Assembly (NCBI GenBank): GCA_037481835.1
Contig: JBBFKW010000003.1
Span: 128,001 to 192,000, forward strand
From: Desulfosoma sp.
GTDB lineage: Bacteria > Desulfobacterota > Syntrophobacteria > Syntrophobacterales > DSM-9756
Length of the DNA: 64,000 nucleotides
Direction of reading: 5' to 3'
Shown here: positions 10,450 through 20,328 of the stretch, in pieces
How positions within the stretch are numbered: position 1 is the first letter of the stretch
How the letters are laid out: every line of letters starts with the position of its first letter
Position numbers and translations under genes: made by a program
The notes under the pieces: generated by a model
The model's input: the letters and a program-made list of their open reading frames with translations, nothing else
Told to the model about the DNA's origin: nothing
Databases searched by the model: none

Positions 10450-13400
10450 ACCTTTGCGAAACCGATGGGGATCCTATGGCGGTCAGACTGGAAATCGCAC
10501 TGAAGCCGCATCTTTTCGATGCCGAAGGCTCGGAACTGTGTCGAAAGATTCGGGATTATTTCGGATGGCACGTGGGAAGCGCCCGCGTGATCCGCGTGCT
10601 CATGCTGGAGACGACCCTGGAGCCCGAGGTGTTGGAAGCGATTAGAAGGGAAATCTTCACCAATCCCGTATCCCAGGTGTCTTCCTTCCGACCGCTGGCT
10701 TCGGCCGACGACTTTCAGTGGGCCGTCTGGGTGGGGTATCGCCCCGGGGTGCGGGATACGGCGGGCAGCGTGGCCTTGGAAGCCATCGCCGACTTCACGG
10801 GGCGGCCTTTGGGAAAAGAAGAGGCGGCCTACACTTCCAAGATCTACCTGCTCCGGGACGCACCCCTGCAGAGGGCCCAGGTGGAGACCATCGCCCGGGA
10901 GCTCTTGGCCAACGACATCATCCAGCAGTGGCGCATCTACGCCCGTGAGGAATGGAACGCCGAGGAGGGTATCGGGCTGATCTGCCCCAAGGTGGCCCTG
11001 CGTCACAGCCCCACGGTGGAAAGGATCGCCATCGACAGTGACGAGCACCTGCAGGCTCTGAGCGATGCGCGCAATCTGGCGCTGAACCCTCGAGACATCC
11101 CCGTCATCCGCCGCTACTTTCTCCGCCCGGATGTGCTCCAGGAAAGGGCCCAGGTGGGCTTGGATCTTCCCACCGACGTGGAGTTGGAAGCCATCAGCCA
11201 GGCCCGAAGCGACCATTGCAACCACAACACGTTCCGCGGCCGTTTTTTTTACAAGGACCTGGACACGGGCCGGGAAACCCTTGTGGACAATCTTTTCAAG
11301 ACCTGTATCGAAGCCCCCACGTTGGCCGTCAAGGCCCAAAAGGACTGGGTCGTCTCGGTGTTGTGGGACAACGCCGGTGCGGCCCGGTTCGACGACGACC
11401 ACCTCTATGTGATCACGGGGGAAACCCATAACAGCCCGTCCACCATGGAAGCCTACGGCGGGGCCCTCACGGGGATCGTGGGCGTGTATCGAGACCCCAT
11501 GGGCACCGGCAAGGGATCCCGGCTCATCGCCGGCCTTTACGGCTACTGCGTGGGGCCTCGCGATTACGCCGGACCCCTTCGCCCGCACCTCCATCCCAAA
11601 AGGCTCCTGGACGGGGTGGTGGAAGGGGTGCGGGACGGCGGCAACAAACACGGGGTGCCGACGGTCTTCGGAAACCTTTTCTACCACCCGTCGTATTTGG
11701 GCAAATGCTTGGTCTTCGTCGCCGCCCTCGGGATCATGCCCCGGGAAATCCACGGGGAACCCGCGGAACAGAAAAGGCCCGAGCCCGGGGATATCATCAT
11801 CATGGCCGGGGGCCGCGTGGGCAAGGACGGCATCCACGGGGTGACGGCGTCCAGCGAAAGCTACAGCGAACACACTCCGGCGGGGCACGTGCAGATCGGC
11901 GACCCGTACACCCAGAAAAAAATGCACGATTTTCTGCTGGAAGCCCGGGACGAAGGCTTGATCACCTTCATTACGGACAACGGAGGCGGAGGCCTGTCTT
12001 CCTCCGTCGGGGAATCGGCCCACATGGCCGGGGGCGCTTACGTGGAACTGGATCGCGTGCCGCTCAAGTACGAAGGCCTGGATGTGTGGGAAATTTGGGT
12101 GTCCGAATCCCAGGAACGGATGACGGTGGCGGTGCGCCCGGAAAACCTGGACCGGTTCATGGCCTTGGCGGCGCTCCATGAAGTGGAATGCACCGCCATC
12201 GGCCGCTACGAAGCGAGCGGGAAGCTCCACCTGACCTATCGCGGGAAAACGTGCGCGTATTTGGATCTGAGCTTCTTCCGGGAGGATTTTCCCCAGTGGG
12301 AATTCCACGCCCACTGGCGCTCCCCGGAATCCCGAGGGCTCACGGAACCCGTGATGAGCGAGCCCAGGGACTACGGGCGGCTCCTGGCCGATCTCTTGGC
12401 CTCGCCCAACCTGTGCAGCCGCGAATGGATCCAACGCCAGTACGACCACGAGGTGCAGGGCACCAGCGTGGTGAAGTTTCTCGTCGGCCGCAGCCGCGAC
12501 GTTCCAAACGATGCGGCGGTCCTTCGCCCCGTGCTGAACTCCCGGCGGGGTCTTGCCGTCACCCAGGCCCTCCATCCCACCTACGGCCGGATCGACACCT
12601 ACCACATGGTGGAGGCCTCCATCGACGAGTGCGTGCGCCGACTCGTGGCTGTGGGCGGCGTTCTGGACGAAATCGGCGGTGTGGACAACTTCTGTTGGCC
12701 GTCCATCCAGCACGACGACCGCAAGAATCCTGACGGGCGCTACAAGGCGGCCCAGCTCGTACGCGCCAACTGGGCCTTGAAGGATATGTGTCTCGCCTAC
12801 GGCATCCCCCTTCTTTCGGGAAAAGACAGCATGTACGTGGACGGGCATCTGCCCGGGACCTTCGGGGAACGCCACAAGGTCTCGGGGCTGCCGACCATGC
12901 TGTTTACGGCTGTGACGACCGTGGAAGACATCCTGCACTGCCTGACCATGGACGCCAAGATGCCCGGCGACTGGGTCTACGTGCTGGGGACCACCCACCA
13001 CGAGTTGGGAGGTTCGGAATATTATGAAAAATTCGGCTACGTGGGCCTGACGGTCCCCAAGGCCGACCCGGCGGGCTTCTTGAATCTCTATCGAGCGGTG
13101 GAAGCCGCCGTTCGGGAGGGGCTTCTGGCGTCGTGCCGTGCCGTCGGCCGTGGCGGCCTCGCGGTCCATGGAGCCCTGAAAGCTCTGGCCGGCAACCTCG
13201 GCATGGAATGGGATCTCGGCGCCGTGCCCGTCTCAGGCGACCTTTCGCCGGCGGCGGTGCTCTTCAGCGAATCCTTGGGGCGCTTTTTGGTGACAGTGCC
13301 GCCGGATCGGCGCGCCGCCTTCGAAGCCCATTTCAAGGGCTATCCCGTGGGCTGTGTGGGGCGGGTCATGGAAGAGCCCGTGTTCGTGGTTCGGGATATG

Positions 13401-13472
13401 TCCGGCCGGGAAATTCTCCGGGAGGACCTGGAGGCTTTGGGCAGCGCATGGAGATCTGGGGCGCTGGGATGA
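10446..13472 (+). CDS. purL: FGAM synthase synthetase subunit with fused PurS-like N-terminus
   Basis: SDHCNH, ETHNSP, DNGGGGLSS, SESQERM, SGKDSM; no glutaminase domain; start may be ATG 10476. Confidence 0.95.
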   Translation: MNLCETDGDPMAVRLEIALKPHLFDAEGSELCRKIRDYFGWHVGSARVIRVLMLETTLEPEVLEAIRREIFTNPVSQVSSFRPLASADDFQWAVWVGYRPGVRDTAGSVALEAIADFTGRPLGKEEAAYTSKIYLLRDAPLQRAQVETIARELLANDIIQQWRIYAREEWNAEEGIGLICPKVALRHSPTVERIAIDSDEHLQALSDARNLALNPRDIPVIRRYFLRPDVLQERAQVGLDLPTDVELEAISQARSDHCNHNTFRGRFFYKDLDTGRETLVDNLFKTCIEAPTLAVKAQKDWVVSVLWDNAGAARFDDDHLYVITGETHNSPSTMEAYGGALTGIVGVYRDPMGTGKGSRLIAGLYGYCVGPRDYAGPLRPHLHPKRLLDGVVEGVRDGGNKHGVPTVFGNLFYHPSYLGKCLVFVAALGIMPREIHGEPAEQKRPEPGDIIIMAGGRVGKDGIHGVTASSESYSEHTPAGHVQIGDPYTQKKMHDFLLEARDEGLITFITDNGGGGLSSSVGESAHMAGGAYVELDRVPLKYEGLDVWEIWVSESQERMTVAVRPENLDRFMALAALHEVECTAIGRYEASGKLHLTYRGKTCAYLDLSFFREDFPQWEFHAHWRSPESRGLTEPVMSEPRDYGRLLADLLASPNLCSREWIQRQYDHEVQGTSVVKFLVGRSRDVPNDAAVLRPVLNSRRGLAVTQALHPTYGRIDTYHMVEASIDECVRRLVAVGGVLDEIGGVDNFCWPSIQHDDRKNPDGRYKAAQLVRANWALKDMCLAYGIPLLSGKDSMYVDGHLPGTFGERHKVSGLPTMLFTAVTTVEDILHCLTMDAKMPGDWVYVLGTTHHELGGSEYYEKFGYVGLTVPKADPAGFLNLYRAVEAAVREGLLASCRAVGRGGLAVHGALKALAGNLGMEWDLGAVPVSGDLSPAAVLFSESLGRFLVTVPPDRRAAFEAHFKGYPVGCVGRVMEEPVFVVRDMSGREILREDLEALGSAWRSGALG

Positions 13473-13602
13473 AAGAGATGCGGCCGCACCAGGCCACAGC
13501 GCGCCGCGGAGAGACGATGAAAACCTCCGGTTGGGGGAAGCGGGGCGGACGGCTGGGGAGGTCGTGGAGGATTGGATCCGCGGCAAAAGGGCGGGGGACG
13601 GA

Positions 13603-14427
13603 ATGAAAGATGTTCGGGCGTTGGTCCTTACCGGCTTTGGGCTCAACTGCGACTGGGAAACGGCGCACATCCTGGAAGCGGCCGGCGCCCGAGCCGACCG
13701 GGTGCATCTCAATCGGCTGATTTCCGGCGCGACGAGCCTGCGCACCTACCATATTTTCGTCATCGGGGGCGGTTTTTCCTGGGCGGACGACCATGGGGCC
13801 GGGGTCATTCTCGCCATGCGGTTGAAACACCGCCTGCGCGACGAGATCCTCGCCTTTGTGGAACGGGGCGGCTTGGTCATGGGGATCTGCAACGGTTTCC
13901 AGGTGCTGGTGAACACGGGGCTCCTTCCGGGCTTTGAGCCCGGCCGGTTGTCCCGCCAGGTGGCCCTGATCGACAACGACTGCGGCCGGTTCCGGGACCA
14001 ATGGGTCCACTGCGTCTTTGAAGCGTCCTCACCGTGCGTCTTCACCCGAGGCCTCGAGGCCATGGACCTTCCCGTGCGCCACGGCGAAGGCAAATTCTTT
14101 GCCGAACCCGAAGTCCTCCGTCGGCTGGAAGAAAACCATCAGGTGGTCGTGCGCTACGCCTTTCCCGACGGTCGGCCCGCCCACGGGGCCTTTCCGGAAA
14201 ACCCCAACGGATCCCTGCACGACATTGCGGGCATCTGCGATGCCACCGGGCGCATCTTCGGGCTCATGCCGCACCCGGAAGCGTTCCACCATTGGACGAA
14301 TCACCCGGATTGGACGTGGGAAAAGGAACGATACCGGCGGGCCGGCCTGCCTTTCCCGGAACAGGGGGCCGGAGTGGACCTTTTCCGCAATGCCGTGGAC
14401 TACGTGCGAAAGCAAGGAGTGTCGTGA
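13603..14427 (+). CDS. purQ: FGAM synthase glutaminase subunit
   Basis: GGFSWAD, GICNGFQ, HGEG, NPNGS, MPHPE. Confidence 0.96.
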   Translation: MKDVRALVLTGFGLNCDWETAHILEAAGARADRVHLNRLISGATSLRTYHIFVIGGGFSWADDHGAGVILAMRLKHRLRDEILAFVERGGLVMGICNGFQVLVNTGLLPGFEPGRLSRQVALIDNDCGRFRDQWVHCVFEASSPCVFTRGLEAMDLPVRHGEGKFFAEPEVLRRLEENHQVVVRYAFPDGRPAHGAFPENPNGSLHDIAGICDATGRIFGLMPHPEAFHHWTNHPDWTWEKERYRRAGLPFPEQGAGVDLFRNAVDYVRKQGVS

Positions 14428-15317
14428 TGTCCTCCCATACCCAGGGTCATGAGGAAAGCGGCGCCCCGCCCCGCCCCGTCCCTTCGGGGCCATCAGGGCG
14501 GTTGCGCGTCGCCGTCCTGGTTTCCGGCGGCGGGACCAACCTCCAAGCCCTCATCGACTGGGCCAAGCAGGGCAGGCTGGAAGCCGACATCGCCTGCGTG
14601 GGAAGCGATCGGGCTTCGGCGTACGGTTTGGTTCGAGCGCACCAAGCGGGGATTCCCACTTTCGTCGTCTCCTACGAAAAATACCTGAAGGGGCCTCTTG
14701 ACGAACCCGCCGACGAGGCCCTCATCGCCTCCGTGGATGCCCGCCAAAGGATCCTTCACGATCCGGACGGGGAATCCCGCCGCGATCGGCTCCGGCGCCT
14801 CATCGCCGCCGAAAAGGAAATCATCGCCCACCTGGAGACCCACGGGGCGGATCTGGTGTGCCTTGCCGGCTTCATGCGCCTGCTCACCCCGTTTTTCCTC
14901 GGCCGCTTCCGGCGAAACGACCGTCCCGGGGTCGTGAACATCCATCCGGCCCTTTTGCCCGCCTTTCCCGGCCAACACGGCTACCGCGACACCTACCGTT
15001 ACGGGTGCAAATGGGGCGGCATCACCATTCACTTCGTGGACGAAGGGGAAGATACGGGGCCGGTCATCGCCCAGGCCGTCTACCCCATCTGGGACGAGGA
15101 CGCCTGCGAGGATGTGCAGCAGCGCGGTCTGCACCTGGAACACATCATGTACGCCCAGGTGATCAACTGGATCGCCCGGGACAGGGTGCGGCTCGTGCCC
15201 CGCCCGGGGGGCCGGCCCCGCGTGTGCATCGAAGACCCGCTCTACCGCGAAGTGGTGGGATCCTGGGTGGAAGCGGCCTTTCGCACCAACCTCGACGTGG
15301 AACTGCGCCGCACCTGA
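14427..15317 (+). CDS. purN: Phosphoribosylglycinamide formyltransferase
   Basis: SGGGTNLQA, LAGFMRLL, NIHPALLP, HFVDEGEDTGP. Confidence 0.93.
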   Translation: MSSHTQGHEESGAPPRPVPSGPSGRLRVAVLVSGGGTNLQALIDWAKQGRLEADIACVGSDRASAYGLVRAHQAGIPTFVVSYEKYLKGPLDEPADEALIASVDARQRILHDPDGESRRDRLRRLIAAEKEIIAHLETHGADLVCLAGFMRLLTPFFLGRFRRNDRPGVVNIHPALLPAFPGQHGYRDTYRYGCKWGGITIHFVDEGEDTGPVIAQAVYPIWDEDACEDVQQRGLHLEHIMYAQVINWIARDRVRLVPRPGGRPRVCIEDPLYREVVGSWVEAAFRTNLDVELRRT

Positions 15318-15423
15318 AGGGCAAGCTCCTTTGTCCCCAGGAGCGTGTCCGACAATGGCCATGGGCAATGTTGCTATGGAAATGGAGGTTAGAGCCTCGA
15401 AAGGGCGGGGTCTCAGTGTTCGT

Positions 15424-15606
15424 TGTCTCGTCGGAGCCGGATGAACGTTGGGGTTCGCTGCCCCGTATAACCGGGCGCGCGGTGCGCATTGACCATGTCT
15501 TGTCGGGGCCGGATGAACGTTGGGGTTCGCTGCGCTCACCCCGACCTACGGGTTGGTTGAAGCGTGTGGGCGGATATGAGTTGGGGTGAGCGAAACCAAC
15601 CTCAAC
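15424..15606. repeat. REP cluster: two ~38-bp direct repeats plus an inverted pair of GTAG-type REPs
   Basis: TGTCT(C/T)GTCGG(A/G)GCCGGATGAACGTTGGGGTTCGCTGC at 15424 and 15496; REP at 15519-15549; degenerate inverted copy at ~15578-15606. Confidence 0.85.
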
Positions 15607-15709
15607 ACCATAGCGACGGCGCCCCCACTCGTCCCGCGCTCACTGCGGCACGGTATGGACTCCCGGTTGCGCGGGAATGGCGGCTTGACGAGTTCTCGCA
15701 CACGGCTCC

Positions 15710-16864
15710 CTAAACGAGGGCTTTCACGATGCGCTCCTGCACGTCGGGTTGCAGGTAGGGATGCATGGGCAGGCTCACGATGCGCCCGGCGAGGTCTTCA
15801 CTTACGGGAAAATCGCCCACCCCGTAGCCCAACTCGGCGAAGGCGGGCTGCAGGTGAAGGGGAACGGGGTAATAGACGGCTGTGGGAATGCCCGCCTCCT
15901 GGAGCCGCTGCCGGATGGCGTCCCGCTCGTTGGAGCTCGGCGCCAGAACGGAATACTGAGCCCACACGGACTCCGCCCCCTCGGGAACCTTCTGGACCAC
16001 GAGGTCGGGGCGGAGCTCTTCCAAGAGCGCCGTGTAGCGGTCCGCCACGTTTCGGCGAAGGCGGCATTCTTCTTCGAACAAGGTCCATTTGGCGAGCAAG
16101 ACGGCGGCCTGGAGCGTATCCAGGCGGCCGTTGAGGCCGAGCCGCACGTGCTCGTACCGATGGCTTCCCTGGCCGTGGACCCGAAGCGAAAGGAGCCGCT
16201 CAGCGACGGCCTCATCGTCCGTAAAACACATGCCGCCGTCCCCATAGCCTCCCAAGGGCTTGGCGGGGAAAAACGACGTGGCGGCTCCATGACCGAATCG
16301 GCAGGCGGGCACGCCGTGCAGGCGCGCTCCGAAAGATTGGGCGGCATCTTCCAGGACGAACAGCCCTTCTTCTTCGGCGATGGTTTCCAGCTGGGGGTAG
16401 TCGGCGGGGACGCCGAAGAGATCCACCGCGATGATCCCTTTCGGCCGGGCTTCCAAGGCCGCCTCCGGAAGGGGATGGAGGGACCGATCGCCGCGCCGGA
16501 GCGCCTCCACGGCCAAGCGCAGCTTGTCCGGGTCCATGGTGAAGGTTTCCGGATCCACATCGACGAAGACGGGCACCGCGCCGACAAGGGCGATGACCTC
16601 GGCCGTGGCGATGAAGGTGAAGGGGGTGGTGAAGACCACGTGCCCACGTCCCACGCCGTAGGCCATGAGGAACATCAAGAGGGCGTCCGTGCCGGAAGCG
16701 CACCCGACGGCATGGCGGGTGCCTACGAATCGGGCCAGGGTCTGTTCCAGCTCTTCCACTTCGGGCCCGAGGATGTAGCGGCCGTGGTCCAAAACGGCGC
16801 GGATGCGCTCTTCCAGAAGAGGCCGGATGCGGCGCTGCTGGCTTTTGAGGTCGATAAAGTCCAT
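15710..16864 (-). CDS. DegT/DnrJ/EryC1/StrS PLP-dependent sugar aminotransferase
   Basis: MDFIDLK start, EDAAQSFGA, SFFPAKPLGGYGDGG, RLDTLQAA. Confidence 0.95.
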   Translation of the reverse strand: MDFIDLKSQQRRIRPLLEERIRAVLDHGRYILGPEVEELEQTLARFVGTRHAVGCASGTDALLMFLMAYGVGRGHVVFTTPFTFIATAEVIALVGAVPVFVDVDPETFTMDPDKLRLAVEALRRGDRSLHPLPEAALEARPKGIIAVDLFGVPADYPQLETIAEEEGLFVLEDAAQSFGARLHGVPACRFGHGAATSFFPAKPLGGYGDGGMCFTDDEAVAERLLSLRVHGQGSHRYEHVRLGLNGRLDTLQAAVLLAKWTLFEEECRLRRNVADRYTALLEELRPDLVVQKVPEGAESVWAQYSVLAPSSNERDAIRQRLQEAGIPTAVYYPVPLHLQPAFAELGYGVGDFPVSEDLAGRIVSLPMHPYLQPDVQERIVKALV

Positions 16865-17033
16865 GGCTGTCGTTCTCTTTCGTTGGCCGTGGCCTGAAAG
16901 GGGAATGCCCGATGTCGGCGTTCGCTCAAGAACATCGCCGTCAAAAACGCTCTTCCTTATGAGGCAACCCGGGGGTGGTGTCAATCCTTTCCCCCGCATC
17001 CCGTCACAACCCGAAATTGAGGAGGAATCGCTC

Positions 17034-17810
17034 ATGCCGGCCGTTTACGTGGAAAAAGACGGTCCCATCGCTCAGTTGGTGCTCAACAGCCCGGAAACCC
17101 GAAACGCCCTGTCTTTGGAAGTCATTCGCAGTGTGATGGATCATTTGGACGCCATCGGCCGGGATCCGGACCTGAGGGTCGTCATCCTGAGAGGGGAAGG
17201 CCCCGCCTTTTGCGCCGGCCACAACCTCAAGGACATGGTCGCCGAAGGGGCCGATATTCATCTGTACCGGGAATTGTTTTCCACCTGTTCCCAGATGATG
17301 CTTGAAATCCACAGGCTGCCCCAGCCCGTGATCGCCCAGGTGCACGGGATCGCCACAGCCGCGGGCTGCCAGCTCGTGGCGGCCTGCGATCTGGCCGTAG
17401 CGGAAACCGGCGCCCAATTCGCCACGCCGGGCGTCAAGATCGGCCTCTTTTGCACCACACCCATGGTGCCGCTGGTTCGCCTCATCGGGCGGCGCCGCGC
17501 CTTGGAAATGCTCACCACGGGGCGGTTCGTCTCCGCCCGGGAAGCCTTGGACTGGGGATTGGTGAACAAGGTGGTTCCCAAGGAAGAGCTGGCGACGGCG
17601 ACCCTGGAGCTGGCCCGAAACATCGCCCAGTACAGCCGCTATACCCTCGCCTTCGGCAAGGACGCTTTCTACCGTCAAGTCGATCTGGATGAAGGGGCCG
17701 CTTACAGCTTCGCCAAGGAAGCCATCGCCATCAACTGCCTTGCCGACGACGCTCAGGAAGGCATGCGGGCCTTCGTGGAAAAGCGTTCACCCGTCTGGCG
17801 GCATCGATAG
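17034..17810 (+). CDS. Enoyl-CoA hydratase/isomerase family (ECHDC3-like)
   Basis: FCAGHNL, ATAAGCQLVAACD, PGVKIGLFC; GGAGG RBS. Confidence 0.92.
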   Translation: MPAVYVEKDGPIAQLVLNSPETRNALSLEVIRSVMDHLDAIGRDPDLRVVILRGEGPAFCAGHNLKDMVAEGADIHLYRELFSTCSQMMLEIHRLPQPVIAQVHGIATAAGCQLVAACDLAVAETGAQFATPGVKIGLFCTTPMVPLVRLIGRRRALEMLTTGRFVSAREALDWGLVNKVVPKEELATATLELARNIAQYSRYTLAFGKDAFYRQVDLDEGAAYSFAKEAIAINCLADDAQEGMRAFVEKRSPVWRHR

Positions 17811-17929
17811 GAAGGTGTCCGAAAATTCATGAGCCCGTTGCTCCCGCCCATGCGGGAGCCGGTATCATCTCGAACATCGCGGAGTCCCCCGGGAGAAAGC
17901 CATGCATCGGGGCGCGTGCCGGGTTTCAG

Positions 17930-17990
17930 AGCGCCTTGGCGCGAGGTCGAAAAGGCTCGCGCAAAGGCGCAAAGGCGCAAGAGAGAGCAT
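17930..17990. repeat. Dispersed intergenic repeat with (GCGCAAAG)n and CTTGGCG units
   Basis: Near-identical to the reverse complement of 36361-36430. Confidence 0.8.
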
Positions 17991-18030
17991 GGTGAGCGGA
18001 AACTGGACGGCGCAAGAGCGGCCATGACCG

Positions 18031-20328
18031 TCAGGGGCTTTTGACGTCCAGGGCCGAGCGCACCGTGGTGGCCAGATCCAAGGCGCCGTAGGGTTTTTTC
18101 AAAAAGGCCGCAAACCCGAGGGACCGCGCCTTGCTTTCCATTACCCCTTCCCCGTATCCGGACATGAGCACCATGGGAAGATCCGGCCGGATTTCTCGGA
18201 TGGCCTGAGCCAGCTTGGGGCCCGTGAGCTTGGGCATGGTCAAGTCCGTGATCACGAGATCCGTGGCGTCGGCATGGGCCTTGACATAGGCGAGGGCCTG
18301 TTCCGGATCGGAAAACCCGGTCACCGTGTAGCCCAAGAGCCCCAACATGTGTCGGGTCATTTCCACGAGCATGGGCTCATCATCCACCACCACGATCCGT
18401 TCCGTCCCGCGGGGCGGCGAGGACGGCTGCGCTTCGGCCCCATGGCGCTCTTTTCCCTGATGGGCTGCCGGCAAGAAGACCCGAAAGAGGCTTCCCTGCC
18501 CCGGGCGGCTTTCCACGCCCACCGCACCGCCCAAATCGCGGACGATGCCGTACACCACCGAAAGCCCCAGACCCGTGCCTTCGCCGATTTCCTTGGTGGT
18601 GAAATAGGGTTCGAAGATCCGCTCCAAAACCTCCGGGCTCATGCCGTGTCCCGTGTCCTTGACCGACAAGACGACGTATTCACCGGGGTCGAGTCCCTGG
18701 TTCTGAAGCGCCTGGCCCTCGGCCAAACGTTCCAGACTGAGACTCAGTTCCAGAACGCCACCGTCGTCACGCATGGCGTGGAACGCATTGGTGCACAGGT
18801 TGATGAGTACCTGATGCATCTGGGTAGGATCGGCCATGACCACGGGAATGTCGGCGGGGAAATTTTCGCGGATTTCGATGGTGCTCGGCAGCGTCGCTCG
18901 GAGCATTTTGACCACTTCCCGGGCCACATAACGCAGTTGCACGGGCTTGCGTTCCACTCCGGGAGACGGGCGTGAGAAGGTGAGGATCTGCTGCACGAGA
19001 TCGCGGGCCCTTTTGCTGGAGTCCACGATGTGCTGGAGGGCGTTGAGCACCTTGTCCCGATCGTGGATGTGAAGTCGGGCCAGTTCCGCGTAGCCCACGA
19101 CGGCGCCGAGGATGTTGTTGAAATCGTGGGCGATGCCGCCCGCCAGGGTCCCCAAGGCTTGCATCTTTTGGGATTGCACGACTTGGGATTCCAAAGCCCT
19201 CTGTTCCGTGACGTCCCGGTTGACGGACACCACATGGACGATAATGCCCGAGGCGCTGCGAACGGGGGTGAGCAAGACTTCAAAGAGCCGATCGCGACCG
19301 TCCTTGATGCGGGTCTTCACGTCGCCGCGCCAGACCTGCCCCGAACGGACGGTCGCCCACATGTTTTGATAAAAGGACGGCTCGTGCCTCGAGCTTTGGA
19401 GCATCCGCAGAGATCGGCCTTCCAACTCCGAAGGGTCGTAACCCGTAAGGCGCGTGAAGGCGGTGTTGGCATAGATGATTTTCCCGTCCGCCGTGGCCAC
19501 GGCGATCCCTTCGGCGGCTTGTTCCAAGGCCGTGGAAAGAAGCCGGTTTTTCTCTTCCGCCTGGACCCGGTCCGTGATGTCGGCGCTGATGCCGCCGACG
19601 GCCTCCACATTTCCGCGGGCGTCCAGGATGGGATAGAGCGTATCGCGATGCCAATACGTCATGCCGCGATGGGCGAAGGGATACTCAAAGGTGACGGCCT
19701 GTTTGGTTTCAAAGACGCGAGAGAGAAGATCCGAATAATAGGGGGCGCCCCGCGCCTCGTGAACTTCGGAGACGGTTTTTCCGAGAAAGTCTTCAGGGCT
19801 CAGACCGTAACGGTCCAACGATCTTTGATTGATGGAGGTGTAGCGCCCCTGGAGATCCAGGGTGAAGATCGTGTCTTGGGCCCATTCCACCAGCATGCGG
19901 TAGCGGTGCTCCGAGGCCTTGAGTTGCTCCAGTGTCCGGTCCAGCCTCTTCTTGAGCTCGGCCTTTTCCAGGGCTTCCTTCAAGGCCGCGGGAAGGCGCC
20001 GCATGTGTTGCTTGATGATGTAGTCGCTCAACCCCTCCTTGAGGGCCTGGACGGCCACTTCTTCCGTGCCCGTCCCCGTGACCATGACCACGGGGACGTA
20101 GGGGTCCCGTTCCTTGACCCGTCGCAGCACTTCCAAGCCGCTGGCCCACCGCACGTCGTAGTCGGTCACCACCGCCTGGAAGTCGAATTCTTTCAAGGCG
20201 CTTTCGAACGCGGCCGCGGTGGGGACCTCCACACACGCGGCTTCCGGAAATTCCTTGGCAAGGAGCCGCATCATGAGAAACCGATCGTTGGGGTTGTCGT
20301 CAACCAGCAGGATTTTCCACATGGTCAT
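18031..20328 (-). CDS. Hybrid sensor histidine kinase (REC-PAS-PAS-HisKA-HATPase-REC)
   Basis: VDD receiver, two PAS domains, AHDFNN H-box, GTGLGL, C-terminal REC; no TM segments. Confidence 0.95.
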   Translation of the reverse strand: MTMWKILLVDDNPNDRFLMMRLLAKEFPEAACVEVPTAAAFESALKEFDFQAVVTDYDVRWASGLEVLRRVKERDPYVPVVMVTGTGTEEVAVQALKEGLSDYIIKQHMRRLPAALKEALEKAELKKRLDRTLEQLKASEHRYRMLVEWAQDTIFTLDLQGRYTSINQRSLDRYGLSPEDFLGKTVSEVHEARGAPYYSDLLSRVFETKQAVTFEYPFAHRGMTYWHRDTLYPILDARGNVEAVGGISADITDRVQAEEKNRLLSTALEQAAEGIAVATADGKIIYANTAFTRLTGYDPSELEGRSLRMLQSSRHEPSFYQNMWATVRSGQVWRGDVKTRIKDGRDRLFEVLLTPVRSASGIIVHVVSVNRDVTEQRALESQVVQSQKMQALGTLAGGIAHDFNNILGAVVGYAELARLHIHDRDKVLNALQHIVDSSKRARDLVQQILTFSRPSPGVERKPVQLRYVAREVVKMLRATLPSTIEIRENFPADIPVVMADPTQMHQVLINLCTNAFHAMRDDGGVLELSLSLERLAEGQALQNQGLDPGEYVVLSVKDTGHGMSPEVLERIFEPYFTTKEIGEGTGLGLSVVYGIVRDLGGAVGVESRPGQGSLFRVFLPAAHQGKERHGAEAQPSSPPRGTERIVVVDDEPMLVEMTRHMLGLLGYTVTGFSDPEQALAYVKAHADATDLVITDLTMPKLTGPKLAQAIREIRPDLPMVLMSGYGEGVMESKARSLGFAAFLKKPYGALDLATTVRSALDVKSP

